The notes under the pieces: model-generated
The model's database searches: none
The model's input: only the letters and a program-made list of their open reading frames with translations
Told to the model about the DNA's origin: nothing
Made by a program: the position numbers and the translations under genes
NCBI GenBank assembly: GCA_965226885.1
Contig: CBDDEL010000010.1
Location: 160,001-224,000 of the forward strand
Reading direction: 5' to 3'
From: Opitutales bacterium
GTDB lineage: Bacteria; Verrucomicrobiota; Verrucomicrobiia; Opitutales; UBA2987
Length of the DNA: 64,000 bases
Shown: positions 1 to 8,877 of the stretch, in pieces
Layout: each line of letters starts with the position of its first letter
Position numbering within the stretch: position 1 is the first letter of the stretch

Positions 1-805
1 GTTTGAAAAAAGTTTGGAGGATGCCGAAAGACATTTTGCCGAGGGCTTCCACGGGCTGATGGCGGTGAATCCTTTGATCGAGGTCGGTTTGGCCGAATGC
101 ATCCAGTCCCCATTGGCGGTAAACATCAATCAGGTGGGAAGTTTCGACACCATAGCCGACTGGAAAAGGAATACGTTCCAAAACCTCCCGGCGAACCGCG
201 TATTCTCCCGAAAGGGGCTGCAAAATGGCGGCCAGATGGGGGAAAAAGAGAGAGAAGAGCGGGCGGACGAGGATTTCCGTGACACGGCCGCCGCCGGAGG
301 GCCTTATTTTATGGGAGTAGGCCAGGGGACGGTCATAAAATGCTTTCACGTATTTTATCTCATCGCGGTAGATGAGCGGGGCGACGAGGCCATAGACAAA
401 GCGGGGGTGGATGTTTTTGATGTCCGCATCGACATAGCAGATGATGTCGCCCTGGAGTTGATAAATGGCTTTCCAGAGGTTTTCCCCTTTGCCTGGTTTG
501 TCTCCCACTTCGGGAAGGATTTCGGAGGCGAGGTATACATCGGCCCCAAAGGCGGCGGCCACCTCTCTGGTTTTATCGGTCGAACCGGAATCGATGACGG
601 CGATTTCGTCGAGTAGGGGGTATCTTTTTTTTAGCTCGGAAATAAAAAGGACGACCACTTTGCCGATGGTTTTTTCCTCGTTGAGGGTGGGGATGCAAAG
701 CGAGATTTTGAGGTTTTTTTCTTCCTTTGCCTCGATCAGTTTTAGGCGGTCCCAAAAATCCTCGTGGTGGAAGGTGTTGCGCTGAAGCCAATCGTCAATC
801 TTCAT
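1..805 (-). CDS. gpgS: Glucosyl-3-phosphoglycerate synthase (GT-A fold), runs off the left edge
   Basis: Not in the ORF track. My translation from ATG 805 gives MKIDDWLQRNTFHH...ISLCIPTLNEEKTIG...VIDSGSTD...GKGENLWKA...YVDAD...GGGRVTEILVRP...QPLSGEYA...GYGVET, which are GpgS motifs. The start overlaps the stop of the upstream gene. Confidence 0.88.
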   Translation of the reverse strand, partial: MKIDDWLQRNTFHHEDFWDRLKLIEAKEEKNLKISLCIPTLNEEKTIGKVVVLFISELKKRYPLLDEIAVIDSGSTDKTREVAAAFGADVYLASEILPEVGDKPGKGENLWKAIYQLQGDIICYVDADIKNIHPRFVYGLVAPLIYRDEIKYVKAFYDRPLAYSHKIRPSGGGRVTEILVRPLFSLFFPHLAAILQPLSGEYAVRREVLERIPFPVGYGVETSHLIDVYRQWGLDAFGQTDLDQRIHRHQPVEALGKMSFGILQTFFK

Positions 806-1976
806 GGCCGATGCCTTGGTCGATCATTTGCAGGACCCCGATCAGTTGAGCGATGCCTGTAAAGATGGGTTCAATCTGGATTTGTTCGTCAAATTCGTGA
901 AGGTGCTGGCCGGAAGTCAGGCCCAGGGTGATGCCGGGGATTTTTTTTGCGATGAGGGCCGAAAGGGCGCCTACGCTGGGCGCGATTTTGGACTCAATGC
1001 CGAGGGTATCCATGATGGCGCGGGCTCCTTCAATCATCGGGTGGTATTTCCTGATACCGCCGGGTTTTCTGCGGGTGATAATGTGGAGCTTGGCTTGAGC
1101 CGCTGAATCCTCGGCCGTGGCGTGTAGAATTTCTTCGATTTGGCGGTGGATAGAGGTAATTTTTCCGCGCACTTTACTGCGCAGCTCGAACCGGAGGAGG
1201 GCCTTGGATGGGATGGTGTTGAAGGCATTTCCGGCGTTGATGGAACCGAGTATGAGCGAAGTGCCGGGCTCATCCAGCTCTGCAATGGCTAGTATGCGGG
1301 TGAGGATGTCATTGAGGTTTACGATCGCTCCGGCGGCGTTCGATCGTTCCCAGAAGGTTTCCGGCGGGGTTTTGCAGACGATCTCCCCGCGCAGCATGCC
1401 CAGACAGGAATAACTCAATCTGCCCAAGTGGATGCCAGCCAGGCATACGCCGGCATGGATGGGCCTATGGACGTGATTGAGAAAAAACCTGAAGCCGCCG
1501 AGGTCGCCGCGGCCCTGGCTTTGCACTGCGCCCAATAATATTAGGTTGTTGGAAAACCGGATGCCTAATTTTTCCAACAAGAGGGGCAATATGGATATGA
1601 CGGCCGCACCGATGCTGTTGTCGGCTATGCCGGGCCCCGCCAGCACGTCGGTGCCCAGCGTCACGGAGTGGTCAACAGAGCGGTCGAAAACGGTATCCAC
1701 GTGAGCTTCGAGGAGAATATTTTTTTTACGCCCGCCACCTTGGCCGGGAAGGACAGCGGTGGCATTGCCGGCTTCGTCGATGGAAATATTTTGCAGCCCG
1801 CATTCATTGAAACGGTCGCTTAAAAACTGTATGCGCTCCTCTTCTGCATGGGTGGGGGCGGGAATTTCGCCCATCATGACGCTGCTGGCCAGTATAATTT
1901 CCCGATAGCGGCGCAGGGCCTGCCTTAGTTCTGGCAGGGATTCGACGATGCTCTCTGTTTGAAATGCGAGTGACAT
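795..1976 (-). CDS. M20/M25/M40-family metallopeptidase-like protein
   Basis: Motifs AHVDTVF, GPGIADNS, GNAFNTIP and HxxDE. The likely start is ATG 1976 (MSLAFQ); the ORF track extends to 2042. Confidence 0.8.
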   Translation of the reverse strand: MSLAFQTESIVESLPELRQALRRYREIILASSVMMGEIPAPTHAEEERIQFLSDRFNECGLQNISIDEAGNATAVLPGQGGGRKKNILLEAHVDTVFDRSVDHSVTLGTDVLAGPGIADNSIGAAVISILPLLLEKLGIRFSNNLILLGAVQSQGRGDLGGFRFFLNHVHRPIHAGVCLAGIHLGRLSYSCLGMLRGEIVCKTPPETFWERSNAAGAIVNLNDILTRILAIAELDEPGTSLILGSINAGNAFNTIPSKALLRFELRSKVRGKITSIHRQIEEILHATAEDSAAQAKLHIITRRKPGGIRKYHPMIEGARAIMDTLGIESKIAPSVGALSALIAKKIPGITLGLTSGQHLHEFDEQIQIEPIFTGIAQLIGVLQMIDQGIGHED

Positions 1977-2182
1977 TACATGCTGATTCAAGAAATAGTA
2001 TTGGGCACAAGGGAATAGCTGCCAATCCTTTAATTTTTTCACTCATTTACTAAAAATGCGCGGATGGACGCGGATTTTTTGAGTGAGAGCCGGCGAGCCG
2101 CACTATTTATCTGTATTCACGCGTTGGCATCAACTCCTTGGCTCAATGCCATCGTGGGAGCCAGTATTCCCGATGCCTGGTG

Positions 2183-2205
2183 TCAAATATGAATTATGAA
2201 CGTTG
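2183..2205 (+). repeat. 23-bp direct repeat, copy 1 (TCAAATATGAATTATGAACGTTG, followed by ACCCC)
   Basis: 22/23 identical to 3979-4001; ends 6 bp from the regulator stop codon. Confidence 0.85.
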
Positions 2206-2211
2206 ACCCCT

Positions 2212-2865
2212 TTAGATTTGTGAAATTTGATATGCGCAGCGCCGGTCTCCCGATAAAATGTGCTCCGTGCGTTCGAGGCGCACTTGCTTTCCTAAAATCG
2301 ATCGAAAAAAGCATAACTCCGCCTCGCACACTGCATTGCAGGCTGTCGCTGCTTCGCAAATTGGACAATGGTTTTCCACAAATAGAAAGGAAGCTCTGTC
2401 TTTCGAACCGACTTCGGCCATGTAACCCTCTGCCGTTCGAAGCTCGGCAAGGTGGGTCAGTTTTTTTTGCAAGGATGCATTTTTCGAAATTTTATCACGA
2501 TAGGTGGAAATTTGATTTCCAATGGCACTCTTGAGGATTCCTTGAAGCGCCTTGGTTCCGTATTTCGATCCCATTGCTTCGATTAATTTGACCACAAAAG
2601 ACGAGTGATCGTCGGGGAAAAAACGGTTTGCGTATTGCGTCAAGGCCCAGAATTTTTCCGGACGTCCAACACCTTGCGCCCTTTCCCTGCAATTTACGCT
2701 TCCTTCATCCTGAAGTTTATATAGGTGCTGGCGGACGGCCATGGGAGATATTTTTAAGCGTAGCGCCAGGGTGGTGGCATCAGTTGAGCCAAGAGTTTTC
2801 AATAGCTTGAGAATAGCTAAACGGGTTCGACCCTGCCGGTTCCTGCTTCCTTTCGGTTGTTTCAT
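2212..2865 (-). CDS. SufR-like winged-helix metalloregulator (possible Fe-S sensor)
   Basis: N-terminal HTH (ISPMAVRQHLYKL...GVGRP) and C-terminal Cys motif HCPICEAATACNAVCEAE...GDRRCAY. Confidence 0.85.
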   Translation of the reverse strand: MKQPKGSRNRQGRTRLAILKLLKTLGSTDATTLALRLKISPMAVRQHLYKLQDEGSVNCRERAQGVGRPEKFWALTQYANRFFPDDHSSFVVKLIEAMGSKYGTKALQGILKSAIGNQISTYRDKISKNASLQKKLTHLAELRTAEGYMAEVGSKDRASFLFVENHCPICEAATACNAVCEAELCFFRSILGKQVRLERTEHILSGDRRCAYQISQI

Positions 2866-2890
2866 CGTAGGTATAATTATAGATTATGCT

Positions 2891-2946
2891 TTACAATCAA
2901 GGTGTAATTGGTCTTTTTAATAAATAAAGTAAAATCTTTAATTATT
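2891..2946. promoter_or_regulatory. Candidate operators in the divergent intergenic region
   Basis: Inverted repeats TTACA-N7-TGTAA (2891-2907) and AATAAATAAAG-N6-CTTTAATTATT (2919-2946, 10/11 match), just upstream of the sigma ATG. Confidence 0.4.
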
Positions 2947-2950
2947 TGCC

Positions 2951-3973
2951 ATGATAAACAGCGATCTCAGCAGTTCGGGCCGAAAACGGGGACGCCCGAA
3001 AAAAGGGGCAAAGGTTTATCCCAGGATATCGCATCTCGATTCTGAAATGGGGCTGAATTCCTCTCGAAGCAGCTCCTTGGAGCTTTTCTATGAGCGGATA
3101 AAGGATATCCCTTTATTGAGTGTTGATGAAGAAGTTACCCTTGCCCAACAAATCCAGAGAGGCGATGAAAAGGCCCGCCATAAAATGATCCTTTCTAATC
3201 TGCGGCTGGTTTTCAAGATCGCTTTGCATTATAACAATCTTGGGCTTTCGTCCGAAGATCTGGTGAGTGAAGGCATGGTGGGATTGGTTCATGCTAGCGA
3301 GCATTTTTTGCCCCATAAAGCAAAGTTCAGCTCCTACTCTTCGTGGTGGATCCGAAGATTCATGCATGAGGCCATCGCTCGCAATAGTGGGGCTGTCAGC
3401 GTGAGCACTTATACCGCAAACAAGATGATCGTGATGAGCAAAGTCGCCAATGACTTGCATGAGAAAATAGGTAGTGAGGCAAGCGATATGGAAATCGCGT
3501 TAGAGATGAAAATGCCCGAACATAAAGTTGCTTCCCTGCGCATGGTCAGGAAAATTCCAATCTCCTTGCAAGCGTCGGTTAATGATGATTTATCCACTCA
3601 GTTTGTCGAAATTCTGGCGGACCATAGCGCTCCTATCCCGTCTAAGATCTTCGAGCAAAATGCGCTTAAGCGGGAACTTGAAGAGTCTCTTCAATTGCTC
3701 AAGGGGCGTGAAGCCGAGATCCTTCGTCACCGTTTTGGATTGAATGGCTACTGTCCGAAAACCCTCGTGGATGTGGGTGAAATCTATACACTTACGCGAG
3801 AACGCATCCGCCAAATTCAAAACTCGGCGTTGATAAAACTTCGCAAAATATTTAACGAAAAAGCAAAACTGCGTAGCGCCCAAGAACTGGATGAAAATAG
3901 ACTGGAGAGAATTCGATCAGAAATGCTCAAGGAGTTTTTAGAGACCCGGCTTCATGACGTATCTTCTAATTAA
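2951..3973 (+). CDS. RNA polymerase sigma-70 factor, RpoD/RpoS-like paralogue
   Basis: Region 1.2 (IPLLSVDEEVTLA), region 2 (NLRLVFKIA...DLVSEGMVGL...WWIR) and region 4 (RFGL...TLVDVG...LTRERIRQIQ). No region 1.1; N-terminal KRGRPKK. Confidence 0.92.
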   Translation: MINSDLSSSGRKRGRPKKGAKVYPRISHLDSEMGLNSSRSSSLELFYERIKDIPLLSVDEEVTLAQQIQRGDEKARHKMILSNLRLVFKIALHYNNLGLSSEDLVSEGMVGLVHASEHFLPHKAKFSSYSSWWIRRFMHEAIARNSGAVSVSTYTANKMIVMSKVANDLHEKIGSEASDMEIALEMKMPEHKVASLRMVRKIPISLQASVNDDLSTQFVEILADHSAPIPSKIFEQNALKRELEESLQLLKGREAEILRHRFGLNGYCPKTLVDVGEIYTLTRERIRQIQNSALIKLRKIFNEKAKLRSAQELDENRLERIRSEMLKEFLETRLHDVSSN

Positions 3974-3978
3974 TGGCT

Positions 3979-4001
3979 TCAAATGTGAATTATGAACGTT
4001 G
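3979..4001 (+). repeat. 23-bp direct repeat, copy 2 (TCAAATGTGAATTATGAACGTTG)
   Basis: Starts 5 bp after the sigma stop codon; matches 2183-2205. Confidence 0.85.
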
Positions 4002-4011
4002 GTTTTGTATG

Positions 4012-4181
4012 ATCAACGAAGCGTTCATCCGAGAGTTCAATACGCGGGGAGTATGTCCAAGAGCGCGAAAACGTGCTGCTCCTTGGTAATGCCGGTACCG
4101 GTAAAACACACTTGGCCACCGCTCTGGGCTTTGCTGCCTGCGGCCAGGGCCGACGGGTCCGCTTTTTCGGGGTCACCGCCC
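4012..4181 (+). pseudogene. istB: Degenerate IS21 istB fragment
   Basis: Encodes [35 protein letters not shown]. Homologous to about 23500-23670 but with many substitutions and indels. Confidence 0.85.
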
Positions 4182-4980
4182 AAGCGGCTGAAGGATCTGG
4201 AGTGGCGTCAGCACTCAAAGTGGATTCACCGGGCTTTATCAGTGACCTATCGAAAAAGCTGAGGAAGTAGGGGACTATTGAGTTGGAAACCCATTTGAGT
4301 AAGTAGGCTTGGCCGTCGGTTTTTCCAAAGTTTCGATGGCAGTCTATTCAGCGTCCCGGCGGGTTTGCTGGTTGAGTAGGGATTTACAGAGTCTTTAATA
4401 TTAAAGACGGATTCTTTTCAATGATTGCCCGGTATGCTCGAATAGGAATCGGATTACTGGGCCTCCAGACTGGGTCCTTCCCTTGCCTGTCCTTCAGTGG
4501 AAACTCGTATAAATCCAATTTCGACTGGCACCCGATACGGGATGAGGAAGAAAATTTTTCGATACAAAAGGAACCAATGCTGTGGGAACCCCCAACAGAA
4601 GGAAAGACCTTTCCAAGCTTTGACACAGCAAAGGGAAAATCAGCAATAATTGTTTAATACTGCCGATTTGATCATTAAATATTGTAGGAAAGGATTGCCA
4701 TATCACATTGAAAGCAAAAAATTGGATCAAAATATTAGGAAGTAGCTATTTTCAACGATTATCAATGTTCATATGGGCAATCTCGGTTAAAGTACTATTT
4801 CGGGGGAAACTACTTGAATTCAATGACTTATCAATTTAGACCGGTTGATTTGCAAGACATATCCGGTGAACTAATGATGAAGTCTGCTGCCGTCGTAACA
4901 TCTGTAAACAGTTTCCCAACGGATGAAAATTTACTGGGCGAAAAATCTGATTAAGTAGCAGTTGAAGAGAAATCACCCTG

Positions 4981-5158
4981 ATGACGAAAATCTCGGAAAA
5001 TTTGCGCTCTACCCTTGATTTGCTTAAAATCTCTCCCCGCGCTTTCGTAATACCCGGGTTTTTGGGCATTGTGGATTCCATAATGCACCTGGTTGTCCTT
5101 GGATTACTCTTACCCCTTTCACGGTTGCTTCTCTCCGGTGGTGAAAAAACAGGTTTAG
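4981..5158 (+). pseudogene. N-terminal fragment of a membrane protein (ABC exporter permease-like), cut by IS1380
   Basis: Hydrophobic ...IPGFLGIVDSIMHLVVLGLLLPL reading into TTAG and the IS end. Family assignment is tentative. Confidence 0.45.
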
Positions 5159-5905
5159 CCCGGATATTTCATGAAGGGTAAAGTTTGGCTCGTTATTGCT
5201 ATTGGAGATGGATTTCTTTGTATTTTGAGCAGATCGTCTTGATTTTTAGGTGTTTTTCAGGGTGTAGAGACACTGCCCCCTTTCCCCCATTGGTTCGGTA
5301 GTGCCGGGGGCAGCACCAATGCACCCTTTAGGTTGGCACCAATCGGCGGGCCGCATGGTTGAAAAGACTGGCCCAAGGATAACTCTCACTTAGGTGAAAG
5401 TGAATCGTTCGGGTGTTGCGCACGATGACCGCTCCGATCTTGATTAATTTGAGCCGCAGGGTGTGGCATTGGGCCCGCGCCCACTTCGTCCCTTTTAAGG
5501 CTAACCGGCGCATGGCTTCCATCAAGGTGTAGGCCAGCGCCGACAAGAGCAATCGCCACTGATTGGCCCACCATTGATGGGCGCTGGTGCGCTCGCTGAA
5601 CAATTGCATCTGTTCCTTGATTCGGTTCTCCATTTCACCGCGGCCACAGTATACCTTGTCGTAAAGCTCCTGGGGATCGCCCGGCAGGTTCGTCACCACG
5701 AAGCGCGGGTTGGACCCCTGTGCGGTGTGTTCGGCTTTATGGATGACCAACCGCAGCCATCGCCACGAATCGGCAGCATAGACGAAGTCCTGGAATAGCC
5801 GTTGTTTTTTACCCCTTAGTTCGAACCATTCTTTGGCCTGCTTTTGCAACTGCTGGGCGTCTTGCTGCAAGCGTGCATTGCGAGCCATCCCCACGATGTA
5901 ACTAA
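5159..5905 (-). mobile_element. IS1380 right half (host copy, interrupted at internal CTAA)
   Basis: Right IR CCCGGATATTTCATG at 5159; transposase C-terminus 5328-5905; the sequence resumes at 19380. Confidence 0.92.
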
Positions 5906-6228
5906 CCCGGATATTTCGTAAAAAAAGTATCGTTGATATGCTTAACTGCTGATATACAGCAGGATAGATCAATAATTAAAGCAATATCAGCGATGACAAA
6001 AGGTAAACAATTAAAGCTACAGTTGACAAGGGTAAAAGGCCGCCGTGTGCGGGTTGATTTCAAGGGCGGAGAGGTTACTTCGGATGCCGGACTGCTTTTG
6101 ATCCGGGAAGTGGATCGGCAGTTGGGCTTGACCGAACGAGCGGCCCGACAGTTAGTGGACAAACGGCAGAAGGGCAAAGTACGCCATGAGGTATTGGGGA
6201 TGCTGCGGCAGCGCGTTTACGGGCTGGT
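5906..6228 (+). mobile_element. IS1380 left fragment truncated by IS21
   Basis: Left IR CCCGGATATTTCGT at 5906; matches the first 323 bp of the intact copy. Confidence 0.92.
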
Positions 6229-6401
6229 TGTAAACGCCGGGATGAAACCGGTACGGGGGTCGGGGTAAAACCGGTACGCTTGGAATAAGGTTTAGGTTAG
6301 TAATTGCAGGTACGTCAAGGTTTAGGGTTTGGGAGTTGGTTTTGGGGATTGGCTTGGGGTCGGTGAGGAGGCCGGAGGCCGACGAGCCGGGCCCAAGGCG
6401 T

Positions 6402-7169
6402 TTATTGTTTTGTGCCACGGCGACGGCGTCGAGCATCGCGCAAGCGGTAGCTTTGCCCGTTGGCTTCGAGGATATGCACCCGATGGGTGAGTCGGTCCAG
6501 CAGAGCTCCGGTGAGCCGTTCGGAACCGAGCACTTCGATCCAGTTCTCAAAGGGCAGGTTGGTGGTGACGATGAGACTGGTGCGCTCGTAAGCGCGGCTG
6601 ACCACGTCGAAGAGCAGTTCGGAACCGGTCTTGGAAAAAGGGACGTAACCGAGTTCGTCGAGGATGAGTAGGTCGAGCCTTTCGAGTTGCTTCATGAAGC
6701 GCTGCAGGTCGTGGTTGTCGCGTTGCTCGAGCATATGGGTAACCAGGGCGGTGACCCCGAAGAAACGGATCCGCCGGCCCTGGGCACAGGCGGCAAAGCC
6801 CAGGGCGGTGGCCAGGTGCGTTTTACCGGTACCGGCGTTACCGAGGAGCAGCACGTTTTCGCGCTGGTCGACATACTCCCCGCGCATGAGCTCTCGGATG
6901 AGCGCTTCGTTGATCGAGGGCTGCGCTTCAAAGGCGAAGCTCTCGAGGGTCTTGAGCACGGGGAAACGGGCGTTTTTGATCCGCCGCTGGGCGGCCCGCT
7001 GTTCGCGTTCAATGAGCTCCCGTTCGACCAGATGCAACAAAAAGGCGGCGTAATCGAGCCGGTCCCGGGAACAAGCCGCGGCCACCGCCGGCCATTCGCG
7101 CAGGATGGTGGGCAACTTCAGTTTCTTGAGGTGATGGTGTAACAGCAGCTGGTTTTTTTCTTCCTTCAT
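6402..7169 (-). CDS. istB: IS21 helper ATPase IstB
   Basis: Walker A GNAGTGKT, Walker B LILDELGY, and LDRLTH. Confidence 0.95.
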   Translation of the reverse strand: MKEEKNQLLLHHHLKKLKLPTILREWPAVAAACSRDRLDYAAFLLHLVERELIEREQRAAQRRIKNARFPVLKTLESFAFEAQPSINEALIRELMRGEYVDQRENVLLLGNAGTGKTHLATALGFAACAQGRRIRFFGVTALVTHMLEQRDNHDLQRFMKQLERLDLLILDELGYVPFSKTGSELLFDVVSRAYERTSLIVTTNLPFENWIEVLGSERLTGALLDRLTHRVHILEANGQSYRLRDARRRRRGTKQ

Positions 7170-8671
7170 AAAGCCCCTCCTGGAATCTTGAGCAGTTCGC
7201 TGTAGGCACCGAGGTCAGGGGCGGCCACACGGACGTGACGCAGGTGTGGATGGCCGTCCAGCCGGAAGGTTCTGCTCCCGTAGTCTTCCTGAGGATAGAG
7301 ATACTGGGCGATGGCCTCACGAGTCAGTCCCCCCACCCGCAGGGCCGAGACGACGGCCTGCTGCAAGGCCGCCATGGGGTGTTTCTCCAACAGCCGCAGC
7401 ACCCGGATATACTCCCGGGTGCCTTCGCCCCCGCATTGGCTTTCGAGCCGGCGTCTGAGGACCTGCAGGCACTGCGGCAACTGCCAGCCCGAGAGTGGGC
7501 GGGCGAAGTCCAAAGCGCCCGGTTTTTTCTCCAGCAAAGCCAGGTAGTGCACCGGCTCGAAAGAGACTTGCTCTTTATCCCAAATGCGGCGGTGCCGGGC
7601 CACCTCTTGGCCCCCACAGAAGATCACCACCTGCCGACAGGACCCTTCCACCACCACCGGATGGTGGGCGCAGCGCACCGGCACCGAATAGTCGTTGCAC
7701 TCGAAGCGCACCAGCGAGAGGCTGCTGACGCAGGTCGAGCGTTTGCGGCTCGCTTCAAAGGGTATGGGCGGCAACGCCAGCATGACGGCGCGCTCCTCGG
7801 CCAGCAGTTCCTTTTTCACCGCCCTTTTCCCGCGTAATTTACGCTCCATGTCCCGCTCACATGCCTCCAACAGCTTTGCGTTGAGTTCCTCCAGGTCCCG
7901 AACCTGCGGTACCGGTACCAGGAAGTTGGCCCGGGCATAACGCACGATCCCCTCGACCACGCCCTTCTCGTTGGGCCGGGCGGGCAGACAGAAGTGTTCC
8001 TCGAACAGGTAATGGCTCTGTAGCTGCAGAAACCCGTCGGTCAGCTTGCGTTCACGCGAACCGATAATCTTACCCACCGCCACCTTCGAGTTGTCATAGC
8101 TGATGCGCCGGGGCACCGCCCCGAAAAACTCAAAAGCTCGCAGGTGCCCCTCCCAGAAGCTCTCCGTGCACTCCCGTTCGAACACCTGCACGAAAAAGGC
8201 ATCGCTGTAGGGCAGGCTCATGGCAAAAAATGGCCGCCTACGCAATTGCCCCGCCTCCTTCACCAGGGCATGACCGAAGTCCACCTGTCCCTCCCCGGGG
8301 CGGTGCTCCAGCGGCACGAACACTTCCCGCCGCCTCGCTCGCAGCTCGGCCACCACCTCCTTGACCGCCGTGTAGCCCCCTTGGTAGCCCTTCTCCCGAC
8401 CCAAACGCTGGTAGATCCGTTTGGCCGTATGGCGCTGCTTCTTGGGCACGTTCCGGTCCGCTTTGAGCACCTCCTCGATCCAGCCCACATACGGATCGAT
8501 CTTGCGCTCTCGCCTCTTCTTGCGCCGGTATCCCGGCGGCTGGGAATAGGCCAGCATCTTTCCCAGGGTCTCCCAGTGCAGTCCCTCTTCTCGCATTACA
8601 GAGCGCTTGCTCTGCTTGTCCCGCAGCACTTTGTGCCGCACTCTTGTCCATTGCTTCATATCTCGATACAC
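7166..8671 (-). CDS. istA: IS21 transposase IstA
   Basis: GQVDFG, YDN, NEKGVVEG DDE motifs; 501 aa; 4-bp overlap with istB. Confidence 0.95.
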   Translation of the reverse strand: MYRDMKQWTRVRHKVLRDKQSKRSVMREEGLHWETLGKMLAYSQPPGYRRKKRRERKIDPYVGWIEEVLKADRNVPKKQRHTAKRIYQRLGREKGYQGGYTAVKEVVAELRARRREVFVPLEHRPGEGQVDFGHALVKEAGQLRRRPFFAMSLPYSDAFFVQVFERECTESFWEGHLRAFEFFGAVPRRISYDNSKVAVGKIIGSRERKLTDGFLQLQSHYLFEEHFCLPARPNEKGVVEGIVRYARANFLVPVPQVRDLEELNAKLLEACERDMERKLRGKRAVKKELLAEERAVMLALPPIPFEASRKRSTCVSSLSLVRFECNDYSVPVRCAHHPVVVEGSCRQVVIFCGGQEVARHRRIWDKEQVSFEPVHYLALLEKKPGALDFARPLSGWQLPQCLQVLRRRLESQCGGEGTREYIRVLRLLEKHPMAALQQAVVSALRVGGLTREAIAQYLYPQEDYGSRTFRLDGHPHLRHVRVAAPDLGAYSELLKIPGGAL

Positions 8672-8877
8672 TCCTCCTTTCTAGGATAAGCGTACCGGTT
8701 TTAAAGCGCCCTCTTTACCGTACCGGTTTTTCCCCGGCGTTTACAACCATCAATCCGTTGGGTAAGGGAAATGCAGAAACGACAGACCTTCCCATTTCGA
8801 AAAATTGGCCACCTTGTTCGTTTCGACCCAGCCGAGGTAGCAAAATATCTGTCGGCCCGGAATACTGTGGAGGCTAG

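Larger units (their letters stand above)
6229..8745 (-). mobile_element. IS21-family element, 2517 bp, copy 1 (no matching TSD)
   Basis: Terminal IRs TGTAAACGCCGGG, subterminal AAACCGGTACG repeats, istA + istB. Confidence 0.95.

Noticed and set aside
14..616. 200-aa plus-strand ORF
   Set aside because: Antisense shadow of gpgS.
4270..4980. Several 78-81 aa ORFs in an AT-rich stretch
   Set aside because: They overlap on both strands with no recognisable motif; none can be supported.
6229..6345. Short repeats AAACCGGTACG and AGGTTTAGG, considered as CRISPR or iterons
   Set aside because: They are IS21 subterminal sequences, present in both copies, with no spacers and no cas genes.
8746..8877. 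Possible continuation of the 11238-11661 methyltransferase across the CTAG-flanked IS1380
   Set aside because: The joined frame (LASTVFRADRY...) does not resemble the expected continuation, and CTAG is a preferred target, so the match may be coincidental.
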